Origin: an uncultured candidate division Zixibacteria bacterium
GTDB lineage: Bacteria > Zixibacteria > MSB-5A5 > GN15 > PGXB01
Direction: 5' to 3'
Assembly: GCA_963813655.1 (NCBI GenBank)
Contig: CAWEZN010000007.1
Coordinates: forward strand, 241,183 to 305,182
DNA length: 64,000 bases
Shown: one piece after another, positions 19,180 through 28,707 of the stretch
Layout: each line of letters opens with the position of its first letter
Numbering within the stretch: position 1 is the first letter of the stretch
Translations under genes and position numbers: made by a program
The notes under the pieces: model-generated
What the model saw: the letters and a program-made list of their open reading frames with translations, nothing else
The model's database searches: none
What the model was told of the DNA's origin: nothing

Positions 19180-21678
19180 ATGAAGGCGATTATCATGGCG
19201 GGCGGGTTCGGAACTCGACTTAGACCTCTCACCGTCAATATCCCCAAGCCGATGGTTCCTATCGGAAATATTCCGATGATGGAACACGTGGTTAACCTTC
19301 TTAAAAGAAATGGATTTGATGACCTGATCGCGCTCCTCTTCTTCCAGGCCGAGGAAATACAGAATTATTTTAGGGACGGGCGAAAATACGGGGTCAAAAT
19401 AGACTACCTTCAACCGAGTGATGATTATGGAACCGCCGGAGCCGTCAAATTCGCCGACAGTTTTATCGATGAAACGGTTCTGGTTATATCCGGAGACTTG
19501 CTTACTGATTTTAATTTGAATCAGGCCATAGAATGGCATCACCGAAAAAAAGCTGAAGCCTCAATCCTCCTGACCCGGGTCGAGAATCCTTTACCCTATG
19601 GCATTGTCATTGTTGACGATGATGGAAAGATCGTTCGATTTCTCGAGAAACCCTCATGGGGTGAGATGTTTTCTGACACGATTAATACCGGCATCTACAT
19701 TCTGGAGCCCCACGCCGTCCGACTTATTCCCCCAAGAACCAATTTCGATTTTTCCCAGAATCTGTTTCCTCTCATGCTTTCCAAGAAAATGGGACTGTAC
19801 GGGATGGTCACAGATGGATATTGGAAGGATGTCGGCAATGTTGACGAGTATGCTCTTGCCCACGCCGACCTCCTGGCAGGAAAGATTAATTTGGATCTGG
19901 GTCTGGAGGCCGTCAAGATTGGGGATGGCCGCGCATACGTTGGCAAGAATGTTCAACTTGGCCAGAATTTGAAGATTACCGGAACTGCTATTATTGGCAA
20001 CAACGCGGCTATTGCCGACGGGGCCGAAATTAATGATTCGGTTATAGGGCCAAGAACGAGGGTCGGCGAAAAATGTGAAATCAATAATTCTATCCTCTGG
20101 TCGGATGCTTCAATTGGGGCGGAGTCGCAGTTGGAAAGGGCGATAGTATGCTCACGAGCCAGGATCGGAGAAAATGTAGCTCTCCTGGACAATGTCATCA
20201 TTTCGGATGATTGCGCTATTGGATCCGGCGCCACTATCAAGGCCAATTGCAAAGTCTGGCCCGGAAAATCTGTCGATGATGGCGCTATTTTATCCACTTC
20301 TCTGGTTTGGGGCGATAAGTGGAACCGTGAGCTGTTCACCCAATCCAAAGTCACCGGGCTGGCTTTAACTGAATTGACACCCGAGATGACCGTCAAACTG
20401 GGCGCCGCCTTTGGGGCGTTTCTGGGCCCTGGTAAAACAGTCGTCACCAGCCGGGATGCCTCCGATGTTTCCCGCCTTCTCAAAAGAGGCCTGATAAGCG
20501 GCTTCCTGGCAGCGGGGGTCGATGTCGACGATCTCGAAATGCTGCCGATTCCCGTCGTCCGATATGCTCTCAGAAATGGCGCCTATGGGGCCGGAGTTTA
20601 TGTCCGACATAATCCCGCAGATTATCATCAAATTGAATTTATATTTTTTAATGGCGACGGGCTGGATATGCCCACCGCCAAATTGAAAAAAATCGAACGT
20701 CTTTTCTTCGGCGAGGATTTCCGACGCGCCAGTCTTGACGAAATCGGGCATCTTGATATGCCGGCGGGCGTGCTTGAGAATTATCGAGAGGATTTCATCG
20801 AAGCCATCAATCCTGATATAATCCGAAAATCCGGATTTAAAGTTGTGATCGATTACGCCAATGGCGGAGCGGCGGCGGTCTTTCCAACCATCTTTTCACA
20901 GCTCGGCATTAGCGTCATTGCTCTCAACGCTTATCTTGACCCTCGCCAGTTTTCCCGCTATCCCGACGAAATGGCCGAATCGATTGTCCAACTGTCTTCT
21001 ATCGTCCGTTCATTGCATGCCGATATCGGCTTTCATATAAATCCGGCCGCTGAAAAAATTACCGTTGTCGACGAAAATGGAGATCTGATCGACAGCCAGC
21101 TTCTCCTGCTTTTGGTCACCGATCTCTTCCTACGCTCCCACCCCTCGCGGAGGATCGCTGTGCCTGTTTCCGCTTCGATGGGTATGGAGAAACTCGCGTC
21201 AAATTATGGCGTAGAAGTTTTGAGGGTGCGCAACACTCATCTGGCCATGATGGAAGCTTTTCAGGCGGGCGGGGTCGATTATGTAGGCGGAACCCTCGGC
21301 GGTTTTATTTTCCCCAGCTTTCAGATGGGGACCGACGCCATCCTGGCCATCGCCTTTATCCTGGAGATGATGGCTCGTGAGAAAGTTCGGCTCGGTGAAC
21401 TCAGGAACGAATTTGACCATTATATCCGTCGTGAAATTAAAGTTCCGTGCCCTTGGTCAAAGAAGGGACAAGTCATGCGGAAGATAATTACCGACACCAA
21501 CGGCAAAAACCGCCAGCTGATAGACGGAGTCCGGATTTTTGAAACTGATGGCTGGGTACTGGTGTCTCCCGATAGCCTTACTGCCGCCTTCTCGATTCAG
21601 GCTGAATCGGAATCACCCCAGTTGCTGGAGGAGCTGATAAATCGATACAGGTCGATTGTCGAGGAAGCTCAGGCCTGA
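19180..21678 (+). CDS. bifunctional sugar-1-phosphate nucleotidyltransferase (with left-handed beta-helix) / phosphohexomutase (PMM/PGM domains)
   Basis: N-terminal MAGGFGTRLRPLT pyrophosphorylase motif, hexapeptide-repeat segment, and a C-terminal alpha-D-phosphohexomutase-like half. 832 aa, matching the ManC-ManB fusion architecture. Confidence 0.7.
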   Translation: MKAIIMAGGFGTRLRPLTVNIPKPMVPIGNIPMMEHVVNLLKRNGFDDLIALLFFQAEEIQNYFRDGRKYGVKIDYLQPSDDYGTAGAVKFADSFIDETVLVISGDLLTDFNLNQAIEWHHRKKAEASILLTRVENPLPYGIVIVDDDGKIVRFLEKPSWGEMFSDTINTGIYILEPHAVRLIPPRTNFDFSQNLFPLMLSKKMGLYGMVTDGYWKDVGNVDEYALAHADLLAGKINLDLGLEAVKIGDGRAYVGKNVQLGQNLKITGTAIIGNNAAIADGAEINDSVIGPRTRVGEKCEINNSILWSDASIGAESQLERAIVCSRARIGENVALLDNVIISDDCAIGSGATIKANCKVWPGKSVDDGAILSTSLVWGDKWNRELFTQSKVTGLALTELTPEMTVKLGAAFGAFLGPGKTVVTSRDASDVSRLLKRGLISGFLAAGVDVDDLEMLPIPVVRYALRNGAYGAGVYVRHNPADYHQIEFIFFNGDGLDMPTAKLKKIERLFFGEDFRRASLDEIGHLDMPAGVLENYREDFIEAINPDIIRKSGFKVVIDYANGGAAAVFPTIFSQLGISVIALNAYLDPRQFSRYPDEMAESIVQLSSIVRSLHADIGFHINPAAEKITVVDENGDLIDSQLLLLLVTDLFLRSHPSRRIAVPVSASMGMEKLASNYGVEVLRVRNTHLAMMEAFQAGGVDYVGGTLGGFIFPSFQMGTDAILAIAFILEMMAREKVRLGELRNEFDHYIRREIKVPCPWSKKGQVMRKIITDTNGKNRQLIDGVRIFETDGWVLVSPDSLTAAFSIQAESESPQLLEELINRYRSIVEEAQA

Positions 21679-21720
21679 CAACCTGCTGGCTTCTCGATAA
21701 ATTTATTCCCATAATGCAAA

Positions 21721-21744
21721 TCGCCCCGATTATTATCGGGGCGA
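21721..21744 (+). terminator. perfect 10-bp GC-rich hairpin 40 nt after the bifunctional gene (possible terminator; no U-tract)
   Basis: TCGCCCCGAT-TATT-ATCGGGGCGA. Confidence 0.3.
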
Positions 21745-22015
21745 CCCGCAGGTAATAGGTTGGGAAGAATTTTTATTTCTATATCGGCGTCATCGTTGCT
21801 ATTTCTATCTTATTTTACTCAAAATACCGGCTTTTGTTTCAAGCTTTTCTGATAAATAAATAACATAGGTCAATAGTCCCTATTCTGAATCCAGCGCTAA
21901 ATTGACTTGATTTTAGATCCCTTTTGGAATAAAATGGAAAATTATGCTGGCTAACAAGCAGGGAATATTTCGATTGCCTGTGGCTGGCAGAATTACAGGT
22001 AAACAGAGGTAACAG

Positions 22016-23410
22016 ATGGATTATTTCAAGCGAACCAAGATTGCACGAATCCTGATCGACGAAACAATTCCTCCCAATCGGGAGATTATCATCCTCGGCT
22101 GGGTGAGGACTATCCGTATTTCCAAAGAAGTAGCCTTCATAGAAATAAATGACGGTTCCTGCATGGGGAATCTTCAGGCGGTTATCGCCAATCCCGATAG
22201 TTTTCCCATCCTAAAGGAGATCTTAACCGGCGCGGCGGTGCGGTCGGTCGGCAAATTGATTGAATCGCCTGCCAAGGGACAGAAATATGAACTGGCCGTC
22301 TCTGAGATCGAATTAGTAGGTGCGGCCGACCAAACTTTTCCCCTCCAGAAGAAACGTCATACCTTCGAATATCTTCGAGAAATAGCCCACCTGAGACCGC
22401 GCACTAATACCTTCGGCGCCGTCAACAAAATCCGGTCGAAAATTGCCTATGCGATTCACAAATATTATCAGGAACGCGGGTTTTATTATATCCATACTCC
22501 CATAATCAGCTCCTCTGATGCTGAAGGGGCCGGCGACATGTTCCGCGCGACGACTTTCGAGCTCAACAAAGCTCCAGTCAAAGACGGCAAGATCGATTTC
22601 AGCGAGGATTTTTTCGGCGCCGAGACTTTCTTAAGCGTTTCCGGACAGCTTGAGGCCGAAATTGCCGCACTTGCATTGGGTGATGTTTATACTTTCGGGC
22701 CGACTTTCCGCGCGGAAAATTCCAATACCTCCCGTCATGCGTCTGAGTTTTGGATGATCGAGCCGGAGATGGCTTTCTGCGAGCTTGATGATAACATGGA
22801 TGTCGCGATAGATTTCTTGAAATTTCTGTTCAAATATGCCCTTGAAGATTGCGCTGACGAAATGAACTTTTTCGGCCAGTGGGTTGACAAAACCATCCGC
22901 CAGACATTGGAGCATGTAATTAACTCCGATTTTGAGCGGTTGCCATATACTGAAGCGGTAAAGATACTGGAGAAATCGGGCGAATCATTCGAATTTCCCG
23001 TGAAATGGGGAATCGATTTGCAGTCGGAGCATGAACGATACTTGACCGAGAAAACTTTCAAGCGACCGGTCGTAGTCTACGATTACCCTCGGGCGATTAA
23101 GGCTTTCTACATGCGGGTCAACGACGACGAAAAAACCGTCCGCGCCATGGACGTTCTGGTGCCGAAAATCGGCGAAATTATCGGCGGTAGCCAGCGCGAG
23201 GAACGGTATGACGTATTGAAGAACAATATGACCTCCAAAGGGATGAATCTGGAAAACTATTTCTGGTATCTTGACCTCCGCAAGTATGGTACCGTGCCTC
23301 ATTCCGGCTTTGGTCTCGGTTTCGAGCGAACCCTAATGTATATCACCGGCATGCAAAACATCCGCGACATATTGCCCTTCCCGCGCGTCCCGCGCTGGGC
23401 AAAGTTCTAA
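22016..23410 (+). CDS. asnS: asparagine--tRNA ligase
   Basis: Class II aaRS motifs: FRAENSNTSRHASEFWMIEPEMAF, GGSQREERYDVL and GFGLGFERTLMYITG. 464 aa. Confidence 0.9.
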   Translation: MDYFKRTKIARILIDETIPPNREIIILGWVRTIRISKEVAFIEINDGSCMGNLQAVIANPDSFPILKEILTGAAVRSVGKLIESPAKGQKYELAVSEIELVGAADQTFPLQKKRHTFEYLREIAHLRPRTNTFGAVNKIRSKIAYAIHKYYQERGFYYIHTPIISSSDAEGAGDMFRATTFELNKAPVKDGKIDFSEDFFGAETFLSVSGQLEAEIAALALGDVYTFGPTFRAENSNTSRHASEFWMIEPEMAFCELDDNMDVAIDFLKFLFKYALEDCADEMNFFGQWVDKTIRQTLEHVINSDFERLPYTEAVKILEKSGESFEFPVKWGIDLQSEHERYLTEKTFKRPVVVYDYPRAIKAFYMRVNDDEKTVRAMDVLVPKIGEIIGGSQREERYDVLKNNMTSKGMNLENYFWYLDLRKYGTVPHSGFGLGFERTLMYITGMQNIRDILPFPRVPRWAKF

Positions 23411-23683
23411 GCGATAGCTCTGCTCTGGTAAGTAGATGAGATGACGCAACCCTATCTGATGCACCGGCAAGAACCCTTTCCCGTTAACAACTGCTCTCTT
23501 CATTAATAAAGCATCTTTTGCGAATAACGCTCAAATTTGTGCTGGCGGGAGATGGTTTAATTGCTATTTTATGTTTCGACATTAGGCTTAATGCTTCTCC
23601 GGTCATTTCGATAATACCGGTTGGATATCCGGGCCGGGTTTCGTTCGAAACCTGACCTGCCCGGAAACGCTGCGGAAGTAATT

Positions 23684-24445
23684 ATGAAGTCCATTACAAA
23701 CATTGTCGCCTTCTCTTTCCTACTCATCCTCCCGATAGCTTATTACCCCGATTCAAAGGACTCCACTCATTTCACCATAGGAGGGGGTATTGGATTTGGC
23801 AATTATGCCACACTTATCGAGGGGTGCGAAGGGGGACAGTCAGTGCATATGGTTTCGTTCCGGGACTTCGGCGCCTCAGTTGCCGTTCACCCCACAGTTC
23901 ATTCTCCCTTCGTTCTTGGCTTTCAAGGCGGTTACTTTTCAGTTGAGGATCCCCCTGAGCCGATTTCAACGGAGGGAGTGTTCGATTATCCGCAATCAAA
24001 TCATCCTTATATTAATCCCAGCCTCTCATTGGAATTCAGGCCAATCGGTATCGGGGCCGGCTGGTTGCGCAATTTCGGAACAGTCTATCCCCCCAGCAGG
24101 TGGAACATCCAGCGTTATGATTTTCGACGCTCCCGAGATTTTCCCTCGGGACACATCCGCCTGGGTCGTACTGATTCATGGTTTACCATTGCCTCCTTTT
24201 GCGAGGGATTTCCTGTCATGACACAATACGGAACCATCCTCGGCGGGATTGGCCACGGGAGCCCGGGAGGCAAAACCTTCATGGGTGGAATCTGCGGCGG
24301 CCTCCACCAGCATGCCGGATTGTATTTGGGCATAACCTCCAAATCGGGACGTGTCGGGGCGAAAAGTTATTCAATTCGTATTGGCCGAAATCTCGATACC
24401 TTCGAGGGATCAATAGCCTTCGCCTGGTATTTCCCGATCAAGTGA
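23684..24445 (+). CDS. hypothetical secreted/outer-membrane protein, Gly-rich (track ORF starts 23621)
   Basis: Signal-like MKSITNIVAFSFLLILPIAYY, then Gly/aromatic-rich sequence. Confidence 0.4.
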   Translation: MKSITNIVAFSFLLILPIAYYPDSKDSTHFTIGGGIGFGNYATLIEGCEGGQSVHMVSFRDFGASVAVHPTVHSPFVLGFQGGYFSVEDPPEPISTEGVFDYPQSNHPYINPSLSLEFRPIGIGAGWLRNFGTVYPPSRWNIQRYDFRRSRDFPSGHIRLGRTDSWFTIASFCEGFPVMTQYGTILGGIGHGSPGGKTFMGGICGGLHQHAGLYLGITSKSGRVGAKSYSIRIGRNLDTFEGSIAFAWYFPIK

Positions 24446-24619
24446 CTGGGGCTGCCGCATAAGCAGGGTAGCTATTTTATAGTGCAGAATATCATCTTTG
24501 GCGAGAGTACGCTGTGCGGTCGATATGTTGATCGGGACGTCAAAGGTTCCGTCTTCAGCGATTCTGGATGGAGAACGGACTTGGCGGGAATTAACGATTG
24601 ATATGCCTGCGGGCGAATT

Positions 24620-25747
24620 CTATTCCATTGCGCCCAATCCCATAAGCAACATAAGAGGTAGCCACGGAATAGCCACAAGAGCGAAATGCCAGAATGGACG
24701 ATCCACAATTTGTCCTAATTTATCTTCCTTCATACCCCAGGTATCCATCAAGAATGACACTTGGAACATTTCAAATTGCCTTCCGCGATAATAAGTGTAT
24801 TGTGTTCCTGCATCCTGCAAAGCACCCAATGACAAAAGTGAGAAAGACATGTCGAAACGATGACATCCGCCAGCAAATGAACTATATGAATATTTGAAGC
24901 TCTCAAATTTGCCATTTAATCGAATGCCTGCCTCGATTCCCAGACCACTTTTAACTAGAAGTGCCGGTTTCGCCGAGGTCTTAATTTGCGAGAGTTTACC
25001 TCCAAAGGTTAAGGATGGCCAGAGGCGATCTCTTCCAGCAGGAAATACATCAAATCCCATAATGATATAATCGTTATAATGAAATGATGAGGAATAGTTG
25101 AAGCGGGCACCTATAAATACGCTATAATTCCGCTTGTAATATCCAAGTTTATCGGAAAAATGAAATTGTAGACGCTTATTCTTGGAGCGAACATCAGGCG
25201 GAAAACCGGATTTGTCGAAAATTGCCCAACCGACTTCTGATTCCCTACCAATGCATCCAGTTGGATAGAATGATACTGGACCTATACCCAGGAACCGCGG
25301 TTCCAGGTTACTTGTACTATCAGCCTTGCGGTCGGAAAAGATCTCAATCCAATATCTTGAACAATCAAATTGCTTATGATTAGGGTATAGAAGGATTCCC
25401 CGAAGGCGAATTTTGTGGTTACTGGAATCGATCAGGCGAGTTGGATAGGACGACGGCAGGTTGCCCGCGTTACTGAATAAAAGTGAATCTACAAATTCGG
25501 CACCATTAGTATTTATGGTATCCTTTGAGAATGCAGAGCGAATCCGAAGTATTGCTGACCTGCACGATTCATCGTCTATAGTAATGTCATAATGAATCTG
25601 CAAAGTATCGCTTTTAATATTTTGCCTTACTTCGCCCGCGGGATAGTGCTCAAACGGTGGAAGGATGCATCCCGAGAGACACACAGCTATGGCGATAAAT
25701 ACAGCATTAGTTGCCAGTTTCCAACTATAAATCATAATCGTTTGCAA
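24620..25747 (-). CDS. putative outer-membrane beta-barrel lipoprotein
   Basis: Signal peptide with LSGC lipobox. Alternating hydrophobic beta-strand pattern, rich in Y/F/G. Confidence 0.4.
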   Translation of the reverse strand: MQTIMIYSWKLATNAVFIAIAVCLSGCILPPFEHYPAGEVRQNIKSDTLQIHYDITIDDESCRSAILRIRSAFSKDTINTNGAEFVDSLLFSNAGNLPSSYPTRLIDSSNHKIRLRGILLYPNHKQFDCSRYWIEIFSDRKADSTSNLEPRFLGIGPVSFYPTGCIGRESEVGWAIFDKSGFPPDVRSKNKRLQFHFSDKLGYYKRNYSVFIGARFNYSSSFHYNDYIIMGFDVFPAGRDRLWPSLTFGGKLSQIKTSAKPALLVKSGLGIEAGIRLNGKFESFKYSYSSFAGGCHRFDMSFSLLSLGALQDAGTQYTYYRGRQFEMFQVSFLMDTWGMKEDKLGQIVDRPFWHFALVAIPWLPLMLLMGLGAME

Positions 25748-25802
25748 GAGTCATTTCGAATTCCTCTTGATCAACTCGAACATTCAAAAAAGCAGCTAGA
25801 CT

Positions 25803-27122
25803 TTACCTATCAATATTATTTCCCGCCCGGTGCTCGAAACGGCGGCCAACAAAATAAAATAACATCGTCACTATCGCGATCATCACAGTCATCATGCCGA
25901 AGAAATTCCCCGGAGTAGTAGTCGTATAAATCCGCGAGAACACGGCCGCGAGAGTATCGCCCAGAAAAACAGTGAAAAGCCAAATACCGGTGATCATCGA
26001 TTTCATCCGCTCCGGGGCTTCCTCGAAGGCGAGCTGCAGTCCGACCACCGAAATACAGAGTTCGGCCATAGTAATTAAGATATATGCGCCAAGCTCCCAG
26101 GCGATGGACACTTTTTCGTTTATCCCTATATATCCGGCTACCGTCATCAGAGCCATGCAGAGGGTGACCAGAAAGAACCCAATTAGCATTTTGCGCGGAG
26201 AAGAAAGCTTGTGAGTCTCATCCTTATCGGTTCTTGACCAAATCCACGCAAACAGCGGCGTCATGATCACGATCAAGACCGGATTCAGACTCTGGACGGC
26301 ATCGGGAGGAATGTGCCATGTCCAACTGAACAGAGTAAGATCGAGAATCATGTAGTCGCGGGCAAATAATGTCCAGGTGGAATATGATTGATCAAAAATC
26401 GACCAGAAAAACACTATCAGAAGGAATAATCCGGAGAGACGAATTAGAGCAGTGCGTTCCTCATGCTTCTGTTCGGGAGTCTTAATTTCACGCGGCCCGC
26501 GTTTGATTTCTTCTTTGGGATAATATTTTTTTCCGAAAAAGAAGATTCCGAGCGAGACAATCATCAGAATGGTAGGAGCCATAAAGGCGACACTGTAGCC
26601 GTAATGGTCCCGTATGATCGGAAGTGAGAACGTCGTAATGGCGGCGCCGATATTGATCGCCATATAAAACCATGAAAAGGCCTGGGTCATTAGATGAGTC
26701 TTGTGCTCCTTCTGGTACATCAGACCCATAAGGGTGCTGATATTCGGCTTGATAGATCCCGAACCGCCGGCCAACAGGAGAAGGGCAGTGTACAGACCGA
26801 CCTCGGAAGTGAATGTCCCCAGAATAATATGGCCCATTATATAGGGGATGGCGAAATAGATAATTGTCTTGAATTTTCCCAGATAATGGTCGGCAATATA
26901 TCCTCCGACAATCGGCAGGATATAACAGAAGGCGGTAAAGAGTGAAACGACCGTGGCGCTGTTGGCATCGGCGTACCCCAGCTTCTGAATCATGTAAAGA
27001 AGCAGAAGCGTCTTCATGCCGTAATAACTGGCGCGCTCGGCCAGTTCGCCCCAGAAGATAAACCAGAACCCTTTTGGATGATGATTGTCTTCGATATTCA
27101 TGTGGTTTGCCTTGACAGTCAT
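25803..27122 (-). CDS. proton-dependent oligopeptide transporter (POT/PTR2 family, MFS)
   Basis: FWGELAERASYYGMKTLL signature (ExxERFxYYG). 439 aa with about 12-14 transmembrane helices. Confidence 0.85.
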   Translation of the reverse strand: MTVKANHMNIEDNHHPKGFWFIFWGELAERASYYGMKTLLLLYMIQKLGYADANSATVVSLFTAFCYILPIVGGYIADHYLGKFKTIIYFAIPYIMGHIILGTFTSEVGLYTALLLLAGGSGSIKPNISTLMGLMYQKEHKTHLMTQAFSWFYMAINIGAAITTFSLPIIRDHYGYSVAFMAPTILMIVSLGIFFFGKKYYPKEEIKRGPREIKTPEQKHEERTALIRLSGLFLLIVFFWSIFDQSYSTWTLFARDYMILDLTLFSWTWHIPPDAVQSLNPVLIVIMTPLFAWIWSRTDKDETHKLSSPRKMLIGFFLVTLCMALMTVAGYIGINEKVSIAWELGAYILITMAELCISVVGLQLAFEEAPERMKSMITGIWLFTVFLGDTLAAVFSRIYTTTTPGNFFGMMTVMIAIVTMLFYFVGRRFEHRAGNNIDR

Positions 27123-27334
27123 GCTATAATTTTCTCCTCTGCTTAAAAACTCTCCCGGAAATCATGCCATAATTTAGCGGTTCGATTCGGATTTGACAAT
27201 AAGAAGATTCGACCATGAACTTATAATAATCTCGAAACAAATTGATCGCTTTTGGTATAATCAATTGGTAGTATCGAGCATTTAGAGAGTTCGACAACCA
27301 GATTCTTATAAAATGTTAATTCGGGAGATGAGAA

Positions 27335-28018
27335 ATGAGCAGAAAGATTTTCCACAGGACAATCTTTATCGGGGCATTGGTTTTCGGGGCGCTATTGTTT
27401 TCCGGCCTTCACGCGGAAGCGAAAGAAAATTCGCTCCAAAAAGGTTCATGGTCGTTACAATTTGAAGTTGATCAAGGACTATTCAATTGGGCGGATTTCA
27501 GGGAACGATTTTCAATCTTAAACGTCAATACTCCGACCGCTCGGCGATTCGATTTGGATTAAGTTTCGCTGCAGGTACCTCGGAGGACGATTCCAAAACG
27601 AACGATTCAATGACAGCAGTTACTCTAGTAAGGCGGAAGATGATCGAGATAAAGAGAATTTTGAGGTCGTGGGACAATATATTTTTTATCCATCACCTGG
27701 CAACGATTTCAATCTGTTTTTTGGCTTGGGCCGCATGTTAAATACTCCCGTGGGGCGACTACACGCACTAATTTTTTGGTTGATTCGAATGGCAAAATAT
27801 CTGGAAGGTCTCGATCGGAATCCCGCAATAGTGCTTGGACACTTGGCGGAGTGACCGCTCTGGGGGTAGAGTGGTTCTTTCTGGAGAAACTAAGCCTCCT
27901 GGCGGAATATGGAGCTGACTTGGATTATGCACACTCCAGCTCCAGCCGTAAAGACCTCGCCGATACCCGACACGGTTTTTGTGAAGGAGAGTCGGCATTC
28001 GGATCGGCTTCTCCCTAG
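27335..28018 (+). pseudogene. outer-membrane beta-barrel (OmpA/OmpW-like porin-fold) gene broken by at least 3 frameshifts
   Basis: Four consecutive short ORFs in frames 2,1,0,2. A signal peptide is followed by beta-strand-like segments (GQYIFYPSPGNDFNLFFGLG; WTLGGVTALGVEWFFLEKLSLLAEYGADLDY). Confidence 0.5.
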
Positions 28019-28096
28019 GACCAGTTCCAGTGAAATTAGGGCTGGCCTTCTATTTCAAATAATCTGTTTTGGAAGGATCGAATAAGCGGGTTATAA

Positions 28097-28707
28097 TTAT
28101 CGCTCGGTATTCAAAATCTTCTCGATAAAGGCGAGCTTGGTCTGCTCTTCGGGCGTTGAGGGAATTTTCGCCGTGGCGATAGGCTCGTAGGCCTCACGAA
28201 ATACCGTCAGCAATTTGCGATTCTTCTGTTGCGTCAATCTCTCGCGCCAAGTCCGGCTTGGATTCAAACGGAAATTCAAGTTTAGCGAGGGTTGGCTGCC
28301 AATCGAGATCTGTTTGGGCGGTATCGTCAAGGATAACGTCAAAGGCGCTGTCAGTCGCGCGGCCAAGATAATCGATAAATGCCGACGGTTTCATCCCCGG
28401 CGAAAAGGCGGCATAAGACAAGCGTGCTCCGGTTTTCCAGCCGATCTGCATTGATTTCCCGTCGATAGTTCGCACCAAACCGTCGGGTCCGGATTCTCCC
28501 CAGGCAAAATCGAAAGTCCCTCCGGGATTGGCAAAAGATTCCGCATAGAAAATTGCACCCGCGCAAAGGCTCGCCTTTTTGATCGATCAATTTCACCGTC
28601 AATGGCCGGGTTTGCTGGCGACAGGAAATGATGGAAGATAGTACGAGTGCCCCGAAAATAATTACCCAACTCAGAACGCGACGAGTATAGGCTGACGCTG
28701 GCATTAT
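28097..28707 (-). pseudogene. small signal-peptide protein immediately downstream of the 802-aa peptidase gene, split over three frames
   Basis: MPASAYTRRVLSWVIIFGALVLSSIISC signal peptide. Three overlapping ORFs (28351..28815, 28194..28478, 28097..28366) in different frames. Confidence 0.4.

Noticed and set aside
19598-20751. Several 80-180-aa ORFs on both strands inside the 832-aa nucleotidyltransferase/phosphomutase gene
   Set aside because: Fully embedded in a conserved coding region. Typical shadow ORFs of a GC-balanced gene.
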